A stretch of DNA of 64,000 nucleotides. Source: Octopus bimaculoides (taxonomy: Eukaryota). The DNA is taken from assembly GCF_001194135.2 (NCBI RefSeq), contig NC_068983.1, forward strand, positions 14,500,846-14,564,845. The letters are read 5' to 3'. The position numbers were made by a program, and so were the translations under genes. The notes under the pieces were generated by a model. The model was given only the letters and a program-made list of their open reading frames with translations. It ran no database searches and was not told where the DNA came from. Positions 13,869 through 25,458 of the stretch are shown one piece after another; position 1 is the stretch's first letter, and each line of letters opens with the position of its first letter.

Positions 13869-14859
13869 TAATAATAATAAATCATAATAATAATCCATCC
13901 GAGAGGTAATATTTTACTGCTTCTTTGCTATATTTGTGTACTGACTTTATATTGTTCAAATGTATTTTCTGTTTGTTTCTTTTTTAATTCTAGTTGTCGC
14001 TATTTTTTTTATAGTGTTGTATTTTTCTTCTCTTACGAGTGCTTTTGTGTTATTATTGACTAAGGGCAAACCTAATGGCTTAAAAATAAAAGAAATAACA
14101 AATTTAGGAGCGAATTTATTGCATTTTATATTTATAAATATTTTTTTCATGTGTTTTGACGTTTCGATTCTATGTTAATCTTTATATTTTACTGTATCTA
14201 TGCCTATGCCGTTCTGTAGAGGTGTGTATGTGTGTGAGCATGTGTGCTCCGCGTGTATATGTGTGCGTGTGTATATCTACAATTATATATATGTGTGTTT
14301 ATCTATGTGTAACTGCGTGTATCTAGCTTTTTGACCTTTTGCTTACCTCCGCATCAAATGGTATAAAATTAGAAATTGGAAAAAAAAACAAAGACTAAAA
14401 AATGGCAACTTCTACAGCGCTTCTCTTCCCCAAAACTATTTCAAGAACTGTTGGTAAATATTAAATTCCAAGGTATTTATTAGATATCTATTGGTTTTTA
14501 GGGTCACATAAAAAGATATTAAAAAACAGTAACTGATTTTCGAAAAATAATCGAGCTTCCATAACTGGATGTCAGAGAAATATTTGACTTGTTTATTAAA
14601 CAAGAATTGTTAACGTGACCTGATCTATTACTGCTTACCGAGAGTATTGAAACGTGTTCAGATGTAACACGACTACGCTAGCACATAAGACGCACAGATA
14701 CCTTATATATTAATTTAAGGTACTTCTCCGTCACAGGCGAAATCATGTGACTGAAATCCGTAAATGAGAAAACACCCACACACAAAACACGCACTCACGC
14801 ACGCATACAGACAAACATTTATTGGTCTCAAATTCTGGAATAAGGCCAACACTCCAGTG

Positions 14860-15030
14860 AGAGAAAATAAAGCGATTACATTGATCCCAGTAGTCAACTG
14901 GTACTTATGTTATTGACCGAGAAATGATGAAATGCAAATTCGTCCTCGACGGTATTTGAACTTAGAACCAAAAGACGAAGGACATGCTAGTCACCATTTT
15001 GTCTGGCCTGCTATCAATTCTGCAAGCACA
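14860..15030 (-). mobile_element. SINE family C, diverged
   Basis: ttgatcccagtagtcaactggtacttatgttattgaccgagaaatgatgaaatgcaaattcgtcctcgacggtatttgaacttagaac. Confidence 0.75.
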
Positions 15031-15221
15031 CTACCTTGGCAAGAAGCGCGCGCGCGCACACACACACACATGCTTCTTGTCTGACCCACACGTATTTGCA
15101 ACTTAGATGTAGTTTTAATTCCGTCAGAATGATAATCATTTTATTATGAGGAGCTAAAAGGTTTAACGTTCCTCTCCTGGAACAATAATGTAGAGGAAAA
15201 CACAAAAGTTACATTCATATA

Positions 15222-15385
15222 GGCGCAGGAGTGGCTGTGTGGTAAGTTGCTTGCTCACCAACCACATGGTTCCGAGTTCAGTCCCACTGCGTGTCACCTT
15301 GGGCAAGTGTCTTCTACTATAGCCATGAGCTGACCAAAGCCTTGTGAGTGGATTTGGTAGAGGGAAACCGAAAGAAGCCCGTCGT
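15222..15385 (+). mobile_element. SINE family B head and body running into (TA)n and a gap
   Basis: ggcgcaggagtggctgtgtggtaag...ggttccgagttcagtcccactgcgtg...gggcaagtgtcttctactatagcc, with A- and B-box-like motifs. Confidence 0.9.
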
Positions 15386-16785
15386 ATATATGTATATGTA
15401 TATACATATATATANNNNNNNNNNNNNNNNNNNNNNNNNNNNNNNNNNNNNNNNNNNNNNNNNNNNNNNNNNNNNNNNNNNNNNNNNNNNNNNNNNNNNN
15501 NNNNNNNNNNNNNNNNNNNNNNNNNNNNNNNNNNNNNNNNNNNNNNNNNNNNNNNNNNNNNNNNNNNNNNNNNNNNNNNNNNNNNNNNNNNNNNNNNNNN
15601 NNNNNNNNNNNNNNNNNNNNNNNNNNNNNNNNNNNNNNNNNNNNNNNNNNNNNNNNNNNNNNNNNNNNNNNNNNNNNNNNNNNNNNNNNNNNNNNNNNNN
15701 NNNNNNNNNNNNNNNNNNNNNNNNNNNNNNNNNNNNNNNNNNNNNNNNNNNNNNNNNNNNNNNNNNNNNNNNNNNNNNNNNNNNNNNNNNNNNNNNNNNN
15801 NNNNNNNNNNNNNNNNNNNNNNNNNNNNNNNNNNNNNNNNATATATATATATTTATGTATACACACACACGCACACACAGAGTTTATTTGCCAGTTCATA
15901 GTATCATTTGTTGTGATACATAATGGTTTGTTTTCCAGAAACTTTGTGTTGTCAACAATGGAGAATGTTGGAATAATTGTGAGTTACACTACTTTATACT
16001 GCCGTACACCCATTTTCTTGTTATCGACTAGAACATAATTTTTTTTTTTTTTTATCGACTAGATAAATATATAATATTTTGTAATATTAGTCCTGGGGTC
16101 GATTTGCTCTACTTAAGGCCGTGTTCTAGCATGGCCGCGATCATATTACTGAATCAAGTAAAAGAGAGTAAAAAGTATATAAAGGTTACAATCACTCACT
16201 CACGCTTACGATGATATAATCCATCGACGATAAATCTCACCGCGTCCCAGTTGCACCTTCGTGCTTGTAGACTGTGTCACGCTGTACACATATGCTACAT
16301 GTATTTATGCATGCATGCATACATACATTTACAAGTATGTATATGCGTATCTGCACTGATGCACACTACGGCAATCCATACGCATGAACACACATACACC
16401 GTCCCCACACACAAGGTAAGTTGTGAGTGTTTATTGAGAGAAAACACCGAAACAAGTTAAAGAAAAGAATAAAAGAACGTATATATATATATATATATAT
16501 ATATATNNNNNNNNNNNNNNNNNNNNNNNNNNNNNNNNNNNNNNNNNNNNNNNNNNNNNNNNNNNNNNNNNNNNNNNNNNNNNNNNNNNNNNNNNNNNNN
16601 NNNNNNNNNNNNNNNNNNNNNNNNNNNNNNNNNNNNNNNNNNNNNNNNNNNNNNNNNNNNNNNNNNNNNNNNNNNNNNNNNNNNNNNNNNNNNNNNNNNN
16701 NNNNNNNNNNNNNNNNNNNNNNNNNNNNNNNNNNNNNNNNNNNNNNNNNNNNNNNNNNNNNNNNNNNNNNNNNNNNNNNNNNNNN

Positions 16786-17080
16786 TAAGCCTAGTACTTA
16801 TTATATCGGTCTCTTTTTGCCGAACCGCTAAGTTACGGGGACCTAAGCACACCAGCATCGGTTGTCAAGCGATGTTGGGGGGACAAACACAGATACACAA
16901 CATATACATATATACATATATACGACGGGCTTCTTTCAGTTTCCGTCTACCAAATCCACTCACAGGGCTCTGGTCGGCCCGAGGCTATAGTAGAAGACAC
17001 TTGCCCAAGGTGCCACGCAGTGGGACTGAACCCGGAACCATGTGGTTCGTAAGCAAGCTACTTACCACACAGCCACTCCT
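16786..17080 (-). mobile_element. SINE family B/D, well conserved copy
   Basis: The D block, a CA/TA microsatellite and the reverse complement of the 15222 head form one continuous unit. Confidence 0.9.
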
Positions 17081-17087
17081 ATATATA

Positions 17088-17620
17088 TTAGAAATAATAC
17101 ATTTCTAAATCTCTCAGAGAGACTTAAGCAGTAGTGATGCGATAAAGTAGTTGTATACTGCCAACTTAACGGGACAGTCCCAATAAAGAAATATACTACT
17201 GCTATTTAGTCCTAGGAAGCTGGACCGCTTCCTGTTGGCTTTGACACATTTCCTGTGTCCTTATCTTTGCGAGGGGGAGACAAACTCCTCCACCCAACCT
17301 AGCCTGCATTCATTGACATGTTTCTGAATCTTTGCTCGTCATCAGCCTGATGTAGCACGACCAGCTGCTTGAAAAAGTCTGTTTACCTCTCGCAAAGATA
17401 TACTATTTCAGTGAAATACATTCACTGGTTACAAAAATTAGAAATAATACATTTCTAAGTCTCTCAGGGAGACTGAAGCAGTAGTGATGCGATAAAGGAC
17501 ACAGGAAATGTGTCAAGGCCAACACGAAGCGGTCCAGCTTCCTAGGGCTAAATAGCAGTAATATATTCCCTTATTGGGACTGTCACGTTAAGTTGGCAGT
17601 ATATAACTACTTTATTGCAT
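17088..17620. mobile_element. Nested direct/inverted repeat element, probably a Penelope-like terminal-repeat remnant
   Basis: 60-bp direct repeats (17088-17147, 17438-17497), 124-bp inverted repeats (17137-17260, 17497-17620), and a 24-bp inverted pair (17262-17285, 17377-17400) around a hammerhead-like core. Confidence 0.6.
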
Positions 17621-17689
17621 ATACTATATATATAAGATAACATATATGTATATATATATATATATCATATACGTTCGTGTATGTGTTCT

Positions 17690-17875
17690 TTTGTCTATGT
17701 TTATTTTCCCATCGCCATTTAACAACCGGTTTTGGTGTGTTCACGTCCCCGTAACTTAGCACTCAGACAAAAGAGCTCGAGGCTTTAAAAAGAAATAGAT
17801 ACTGTGGTAGATTAGTTTGACTAAAATTCAGCAAGGCGGTACCCCAGCATGGCCGCAATCTAATGACTGAAACAC
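17690..17875 (+). mobile_element. SINE B/D 3' part
   Basis: Reverse complement of the D block (acaaccggttttggtgtgttcacgtccccgtaacttagc...ccccagcatggccgcaatctaatgactgaa). Confidence 0.8.
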
Positions 17876-18929
17876 ATAAACGATAAATGATACGTAGTCA
17901 TAAGTTTGATGCTTTTCGGTCATGTTTGATCCCAGCATGTCAATATCTAATACATAATCTCTAGAATTTAGAATGATTTGAATGTATACAGTTCCTCTGT
18001 GAAGCGTATTCACTGGTCAGCAACGTGAAATAACGACAGGAAAATTTTTCAAATATTCCTTCTATCTGAAGAACATTTAGTTAAGTGCACACTGACATAT
18101 TTAATGTAGAGAGCCGTAAGTTACTTTCAATGAAATTACATTCGTAAGGGATAGATGGGGAAATTTTTTTAACGTTAATGACAATTCTTAATAAGGAAAC
18201 AAAGGAGAGAATTCTGAATCTCAATCTGATTACAAATCAACATGCTCATGTAGTAAAGAATTACTTTGATGTTCCGTACGTTTTCCTTTCTGATTGCTTA
18301 ATTAGGAAAAAAAATTGCCATACGAAGCTATATTTTCTCAAATCAGTCCATGCTCTATTAGTACATGTTACATCACGTTTCACTGAGGGTGTATCAAAAA
18401 CCGAAACACATCCAACTCTGCAATGATCCGTTTCACATAAACAAAGCATTCATTCCTGCGCTTTAACGATTCAGCCAGCACGCTGCATTACTCACAGCGG
18501 CAGCGACTGCGGCGGCGGCAGCAACTGTTGTGGTTTTTGCGGTGGAGGTGGTGATGAAGGTGGCGGCGCTGCTATTGGCATTGGTAGTTGCGGTGAGTGT
18601 AGTGGAGAACGTTGCAGCGGTGGCCGCAATGCAGTGACAATTGTAGTGGTGATTATGTTAATGGAATTATAACATAGCATTCTCGAAGTAAATGCTTTGG
18701 CAGTAAGCAGAATTATTTCTTCCACTTTTCTGTATGATTTTCACACTTTTCTATTAAAAGAAACTTGTTATTTTTTTCTGCTGACTTGTATTGTGAAGCA
18801 GTTCTTGCAGTCTTCTTCGAAAATATTCAACAGATTTGTTCATCTATTCTTTATGCATTGTTTCTAAATGTCGTAGAAATTTGACCGGCTTCATACATTC
18901 ATTAAGTAAGACTTCATACTTTCGTTAAA

Positions 18930-18963
18930 TATATACAGGTGGCCTTCAAGCCACCTGTATATA
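18930..18963. repeat. Perfect 14-bp inverted repeat with a 6-nt loop
   Basis: tatatacaggtggc-cttcaa-gccacctgtatata. Confidence 0.95.
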
Positions 18964-19559
18964 CATCTAAACTATGTATACTCATCATAGTTTACGAATG
19001 TTGTTTTGAATCTTGAGCCAATATTTTTTTTCATTTAACATGCTGTATTTGTTTCGTTTGTTTTTGTTATTTTAATGTCTTCAGACTTTAACCAGCGAAC
19101 CATAATTGACAGGGGATTATATGGTCAGATGTACAAATAATATTTGTTCTGATGTTGTTAAGATTATTATGAAGAGAATAACAAAGATGCATGTATCATA
19201 GATTTTGATCAAATACGTCGTGTTAAAAAGCATTCCTTAAATTAATGTCGCTCAAAAACCGATATACTGCGTTCACACCAGATCTTTTTACATTAATATT
19301 GCTAATCGTTATTTTAGGTTGAGAATGCGCATGACAAAATAAAATATATCGTATTTACAATATACAGAATTCATAGTTTGGATTGGATTGGATTGGATTA
19401 GATTGCCCGTGTTCAGTCCACTGTATGACGAGGGTTTCAACATTTTATCTCCATCAATGACTTCCTGATGTATTGGCTTGGGCGTTGGTTTGATGATCCT
19501 ACTCTATCACATTGGCTCGACATAATTTGGTAGAGGGGTGCACTTTATACTCATACCTA

Positions 19560-19730
19560 GAAGTAGTTAAGTCGATTACATCGACCCAGTACCCAACTGG
19601 TACTTATTTTATCGACCCCGAAAGGAAAACTCGACCTCGGAAGAATTCAAACTCAGGAACATAAAGACGGATGAAATACCACTAAGTATTTCGTCTGCCA
19701 TGCTGACGATTTTACCAGCTCGCCGCCTTT
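19560..19730 (-). mobile_element. SINE family C
   Basis: aagtcgattacatcgacccagtacccaactggtacttattttatcgaccccgaaagg...gctcgccgcc. Confidence 0.8.
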
Positions 19731-21871
19731 ATTCATAGTAAGAGCTTCACATTTTATATCAATATTTTTGCTAATACAATTTGATTATTAGAGATCAGAA
19801 ATAAAAACCATAAGCAGACACTGTTTATTCAGACCGCTTTTATTGTGATAGAACGTTGTGGAAGTTGATCTTGTAATAATATATTTACAATTGCGGACAT
19901 ACTGTTTTTTCAACAAACGTACAGGGAGTAATTGTACATTTTACATTACATACACTTGGAATTTTGAATTCTGCTCACGCTTCCTAATATGGGAACCACT
20001 GACTTATTGAAATTAGTCACAAGATAATATTGCTGTTGTTTAACCCCCAGATGAATTCTGACTGAGGATATCTATAATCAAAGACATTTCACTATTGACC
20101 ATCTTGTGTTTATGTATATCCAAGATTAATTTTAAGACTGCATGATATGATTTGAAGGAGATGTGGCTGATATTTCTAGCATGTCGAGCATTCACCTACA
20201 GGTCACCATTTTAGAATTGCTTTCAATGATAAAACCTTTTCAACTCTGAGTAAAGAGGAGTTTTCCTCAAACATATTTCTGTCATGTCAATCCCAAATTA
20301 TTATACACCATAGCCAAGGAACGGTGTATTGAAAGAATCATCAAGCAATTTATTTAGCATTAGTTCTGATTCGTTACAATCTGAGTTCAATTCCTGCTAC
20401 GGCCAATATTGTCTTTCAACCCTCTAATTTAGCTCTGGGGTCGATCGTATCAACTAATCCCTAACCCAGAATTTGAGGCCTTTTGTCTATATTAGAAACA
20501 ATTATATACCATGGTCTTCATTGCTTCATTATTTAAGATGAGTTTGCGAATAATTTCTTGCACATTTAGTTACTATATAGAAACCCACTCGTTGGCATTT
20601 GGTATCCGTTCCTCATTGCCACTTCTGGTGGCGACAACATGATTACTGTCTGAAAGAGCTATATTTACAAGTTAGTATTATCAAAATCAAAGCATCGCTC
20701 GATTCACATATATCTTTGCTTTATCGCGAAAAGTTTTATTATTTTCGTCATATTTTGATTACCTTCTGACTGGATGTGTTTAATTTGTTATTTATGGCTG
20801 TTAGTATCTTACGCAAATATATATATANNNNNNNNNNNNNNNNNNNNNNNNNNNNNNNNNNNNNNNNNNNNNNNNNNNNNATATATATGTATAAAACACT
20901 ATTACATCATATTTAGAATGATGAAATTTATCTTATATTCAATATGTTCACTAGTGAGAATGATAAAGGGGTTGCTGTACAAAATTTTATTGGCTAAATA
21001 TCGATTGGAATATATTAACAAATTCTATTAATAACATCGAATGTCTTCATGACATTGCTCTTGCTGATATTTATACGTTGAACATATTAAATACTTACTA
21101 ACGCGATATATTCAGTTCAACACTGAATAGATCTTGGTAGATGTTTATCTTACGTATCAGGGATATTATCCTGTCCTTCTTTCTGTTCTTCACGTATTTT
21201 TGCTTTGTCTTTCTTCTTCGAATATCTTGATAGAGGGAAGTAAATAAGTTATACTCGAATTGCTGTCGGTTTATTCATAGATGCATAGATGATTTCATAT
21301 GAATATTCACTTCTTAATTATGTCTATTCTTTTTGCTGCGTCTCCTATAACATTTGATGTTTTCCGTGTATTTTTATTTAGTGTACTTGTCTATTATCTG
21401 ACCAGTATCCTTTTAGGCGTTTAACCTGTCTTGTCCCACATTTCTATCACTGTACTATCACTGTATTATCTTGTTCTTTTAACTGAGAGGCATGCGTAGA
21501 ATATGGCGGAGCATCTGCTAATTTGTGGCGATGAAAGCCATAAGTTACTCATCCTGGCCCTTTCCATAACTTCTTTTTTCCTGTTATGGTCGCGCCAATA
21601 ACTTTGTATATTGGTCTTACGACAATCTCATTGGAAGGCATCTGCAGTGCTACAAAATCTTCAGGGGTTTTTTCGCGACTCATTCGCATAATTTGCCGTC
21701 GGTATGAAAACTAATATATGAGAGCGGAATTTGGAGCCATGTTCGAAGAAAGAATTGAACCATACAGTTTTCAGATATTTGAAGAAAGCATTATTAACGG
21801 AGGTACTATTGTTATAGTCCAAGTAAATGAAGTTATTTAGTTACGTTACATTCAGTTTAATGCCAAATCTA

Positions 21872-22090
21872 TTGGGTTGTCCGGAAAGTTCGTGCCGATT
21901 TGTAAAGGAAAGAAGAAGGTCAATAAATACTTGCCATTACATTTTTAATCAACCAAATATGAACCATTTTGTTGCACAATGCGTCTCCATCTTTCCTTTA
22001 ACTTGAAAATACTCTCTTCCCAGAATTGAGGTGGTTTCATGTCGAAAGGTAAGCTACTATAAATCGGCACGAACTTTCCGGACAACCCAT
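21872..22090 (-). mobile_element. Mariner-derived MITE, 219 bp
   Basis: 30-bp TIRs ttgggttgtccggaaagttcgtgccgattt / aaatcggcacgaactttccggacaacccat, with TA on both sides (21870-71, 22091-92). The interior on the minus strand encodes PPQFWEESIFKLKERWRRIVQQNGSYLVD*, a mariner transposase C-terminus. Confidence 0.93.
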
Positions 22091-23189
22091 TATTTCGATA
22101 AGGTTTTCCCCCATACCACACTATATTGTGACATCGTTCTTTTTGTCCTCCGTCTGACGAATTTGGTTCTTGGGGACACTATATCTTGTACACGACTCTA
22201 TTATCAGATAGTATTCAGAAATTGCTGGGGAATAGAAACACTGAAAACCTTCAATCAAGACTCTAAATTTCGTGTAGAGAGTCTGTAGTAGAATGTAATT
22301 AATATCTGGATCAATATATTTTTCTCGCTTTGTAAGTTATTGGAAACATGTTGCAGATATTTTATTATCGGAATATATTTTAAGCAGAAAATATTAAAAG
22401 AAAATATTTGTGGTTGCAAATGTGGATGCTGCAAAGAATAGTAGTTATTGTTTTTCTATGTTTTGTGTAATCTTACAGATAAGATTTATTTATTTATTTA
22501 TTAATTAATTTATTTATTAATTTATTTATTTATTAATTTATTTATTTATGTTTTTAGTATGAGCAAGACAGCACTATGACAGACTCATACGAGCATCGAA
22601 GAAATGATTTACGTGATCTGTTGTGGCATTTATGTTCTGAGTTCAAGTCATGCTGAAGTCAACTTTATGCTTTTTATCATTACGAGGCTAATAAAATAAA
22701 GTATGTTAAATATTATGGCGGATGGCATTGATTGGCCTCATCTCTCCAAAACTGTTAGCCTAGAGCTGCAATTGCCGCCGCCGTCACTGCTACCGTCTCC
22801 GCTTCTTCCACCGCTGCTATTACCGTCGCTGCAGCCGTGGTCATCGCTACCACCACCGCAGTATCACCGTCACAACCACCGCACTCACCACTACTATTAC
22901 GATAATAATAAAAACAACAGCAAGCAAGATGAGTGTCTTTGTTACAGTATCTCCACATTAAGATTATACACACACACACACACATACACTCACACGTACA
23001 CACACTCATGCATTATGGGCTTCCGCATAATTTCCGTTTACCAAATTTCCTCACAAGGCACACGTCGGCCAGGGGTTATAGCAGCAGTTAATAGCATGAA
23101 GGTACCACGCAGTAGAACTGAACTTGAAAGCTAGTTTCCTGACCGCCATGCTTGACCGATAAATCTACATTTTTCTTTTTTTTTTCATT

Positions 23190-23330
23190 CCGTCTCTGTT
23201 TATTTTGTCTTAATCCTTTCTGTTGAAGAGCATAGGCTCGAAACGTAAAAGACTTTTTCATTTTCCCGAGCGTCAAACTAACACACCTGCTCGTTCATAT
23301 ACCTGTCTTTGTCATTTGCTTTTCTATAAA
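23190..23330 (+). mobile_element. Repeat module with a variant hammerhead core
   Basis: ccttt-CTGTTGA(23220-26)-A-GAGC-atag-GCTC-GAAAC-GTA-aaaga; homologous to 10310-10445. Confidence 0.55.
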
Positions 23331-24206
23331 TTTCAACTATATATATATATATATCAATGTTTATCTCTGAATACTTCAAGGAAAAAGGAATTCGTTACCT
23401 CTTCTTTAATAAACACTGACCTTTGCAGCAGCGAAGAGCATTATTAACGAATTAATCACATTGTAACCGCATACAAAACCATATAAATTAGACAAACCCG
23501 TGTAGCTCTACCTGAGTTTGTGTAAACTTTAAATATCTAACAGTTATGAACCTTTACGAGACATGATGCGTTATTTCCTTCTCAACTGTGTAGAAATTGT
23601 TCAGATCAATCCCACTTTTACTGTAAATCAGGACAATAAAAATTTATGAAGTAACCACGTAGGCATACTTGAATGACTACATATTAGTATTTGTAGGTCA
23701 TTGTAATTAAGTATATGTACATACATGTTGCATATATGCATCTCTTATTCTGTCTGTCTCTCTCTCTCTCGCCTTCAAATACTCCCTCCATCAATGTTTC
23801 TGTCTATCTATATCCTATTCATATATGTCGGCGTATGTGTACATCTATGTATATATATGTGTGTGTGTGTGTTTGTGTGTTTGTATGCTTGTGTGTGTGC
23901 GTGTGTATGTGTGTTTGAGTGTGTTTGTCTGTGTTTGTGTGCGTGTGTTTCTGTGTGTATTTGCGCGCGCGCTTGTGTGTGTTCTTGTGCGTGAGTGCGT
24001 GTGTGAGTGTGTGTGTGTGAGTGTGTGTTTGTGTGTGTTTGTGTGCACCAACGTATTTCTACGTATTTTTACATTACTGACAAAAATTGCAACAAGTTTC
24101 GTGGCGTAATACAAATAATTACAGTAACATGTTTAATGAGGATGTACATCTATATATGTGTATATATACATACACAAACACATACGGGCGTGCACACCCA
24201 TACACG

Positions 24207-24256
<50 letters not shown>

Positions 24257-24266
24257 NNNNNNNNNN

Positions 24267-24306
<40 letters not shown>

Positions 24307-24559
24307 GTATACACACACATACAGATATATATATAGATATACATGTACACGCGTGTACAAATGCTCAGACATGATATATGATCGATTGCTTGGTGAAGCG
24401 TTGTGCAATCAGTGATAAATACCTGGCTCAGATGAAGTAGACTTTCATTACACATGTCCGTGTGTGTCTGATTACCATCTATCTATCTATCTATCTATCT
24501 GCCTGCCTGTCTGTCTGCCAGCCTGTCTGTTTATGTATGTATGTATGTATGTATGTGTG

Positions 24560-24610
<51 letters not shown>

Positions 24611-24615
24611 GTACC

Positions 24616-24653
<38 letters not shown>

Positions 24654-24962
24654 CGCGCGCGCTTGTGTGTGTGTGTGTGTGTGTCTCTCTCTGTGTCTCT
24701 GTGTGAACATATATGCATACATATGCCTGTGTGTGATGTCTGCAAATACTTGTATATGTGTCTTTGTGAGTATGCAAGATATGTTGCTACTTGTAAATTT
24801 ATATAATTATTTTCCACCTAAGTTTCCAGTTATAGCACATTTGCAGACAGAGTCAGTTATAAATTAATGAATTGCAATGCATAGCGTGTATTTAATTGTG
24901 TAAATCATTCAGAGACAGGTGTTTGGCTATTTATATTTAATCTTATTTTGTCCTATTGAAAG

Positions 24963-25041
24963 CGAGTTTATTATTCTTCGATTATTCACGACACTGGAAG
25001 GAAATGGCTTTATCCGATATTCTCCAGCAATTGAGACCTAT
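24963..25041 (+). other. Candidate exon
   Basis: ttattttgtcctattgaaag acceptor and tat|gtaagt donor. Two frames are open (SLLFFDYSRHWKEMALSDILQQLRP or EFIILRLFTTLEGNGFIRYSPAIETY). No homology recognised. Confidence 0.22.
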
Positions 25042-25458
25042 GTAAGTACATGGTACATATATTTTCCTGTATGTATCCAAGTTTAAGTATACCCGGTATA
25101 CGCGGACCTGCATATGTGTGTGTACGCATATCTCTCTCTATATAAATATATATTCATACATATGTGTTTGTTTATATCTATGTATATATGAAAATATATG
25201 TGTGTGTATGTGCGTGTCTCTCATCTATGCTACTGATAACATGCTATCTTAAAGATAACGCTCCAGACATAGGTATTGGATTATTTAGTGCAGTGATGCT
25301 CAACCAGGATTCATGTAGCCTCTGGTGGTCCAAATAAGATTTTCTTGTTAAAATTTATCTGCATGTAGGGTTCGAACTCGCTCACTTTTCATGAACATGG
25401 TAATGCTCACGAACGCATCTTTCCGGAAAGCATGATGCAGGGTCAGAAATCACTCATT

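Noticed and set aside
15222-15300. tRNA-like A/B boxes here and in other SINE heads
   Set aside because: There is no cloverleaf and the sequence continues into SINE bodies, so these are not tRNA genes.
18485-18670. Pro/Ala/Thr-rich ORFs here and at 9380-9480 and 22765-22920
   Set aside because: These are degenerate trinucleotide repeats grading into pure microsatellite.
19085-19141. FNQRTIIDRGLYGQMYK*, resembling a kinase glycine-rich loop
   Set aside because: The first glycine is missing, a stop follows immediately, there is no good donor, and no other kinase motifs were found.
21400-21760. Possible Gypsy integrase C-terminus (LWKGPG*V) on the minus strand
   Set aside because: Only one short motif matches and no RT, integrase core or LTR is visible; too weak to call.
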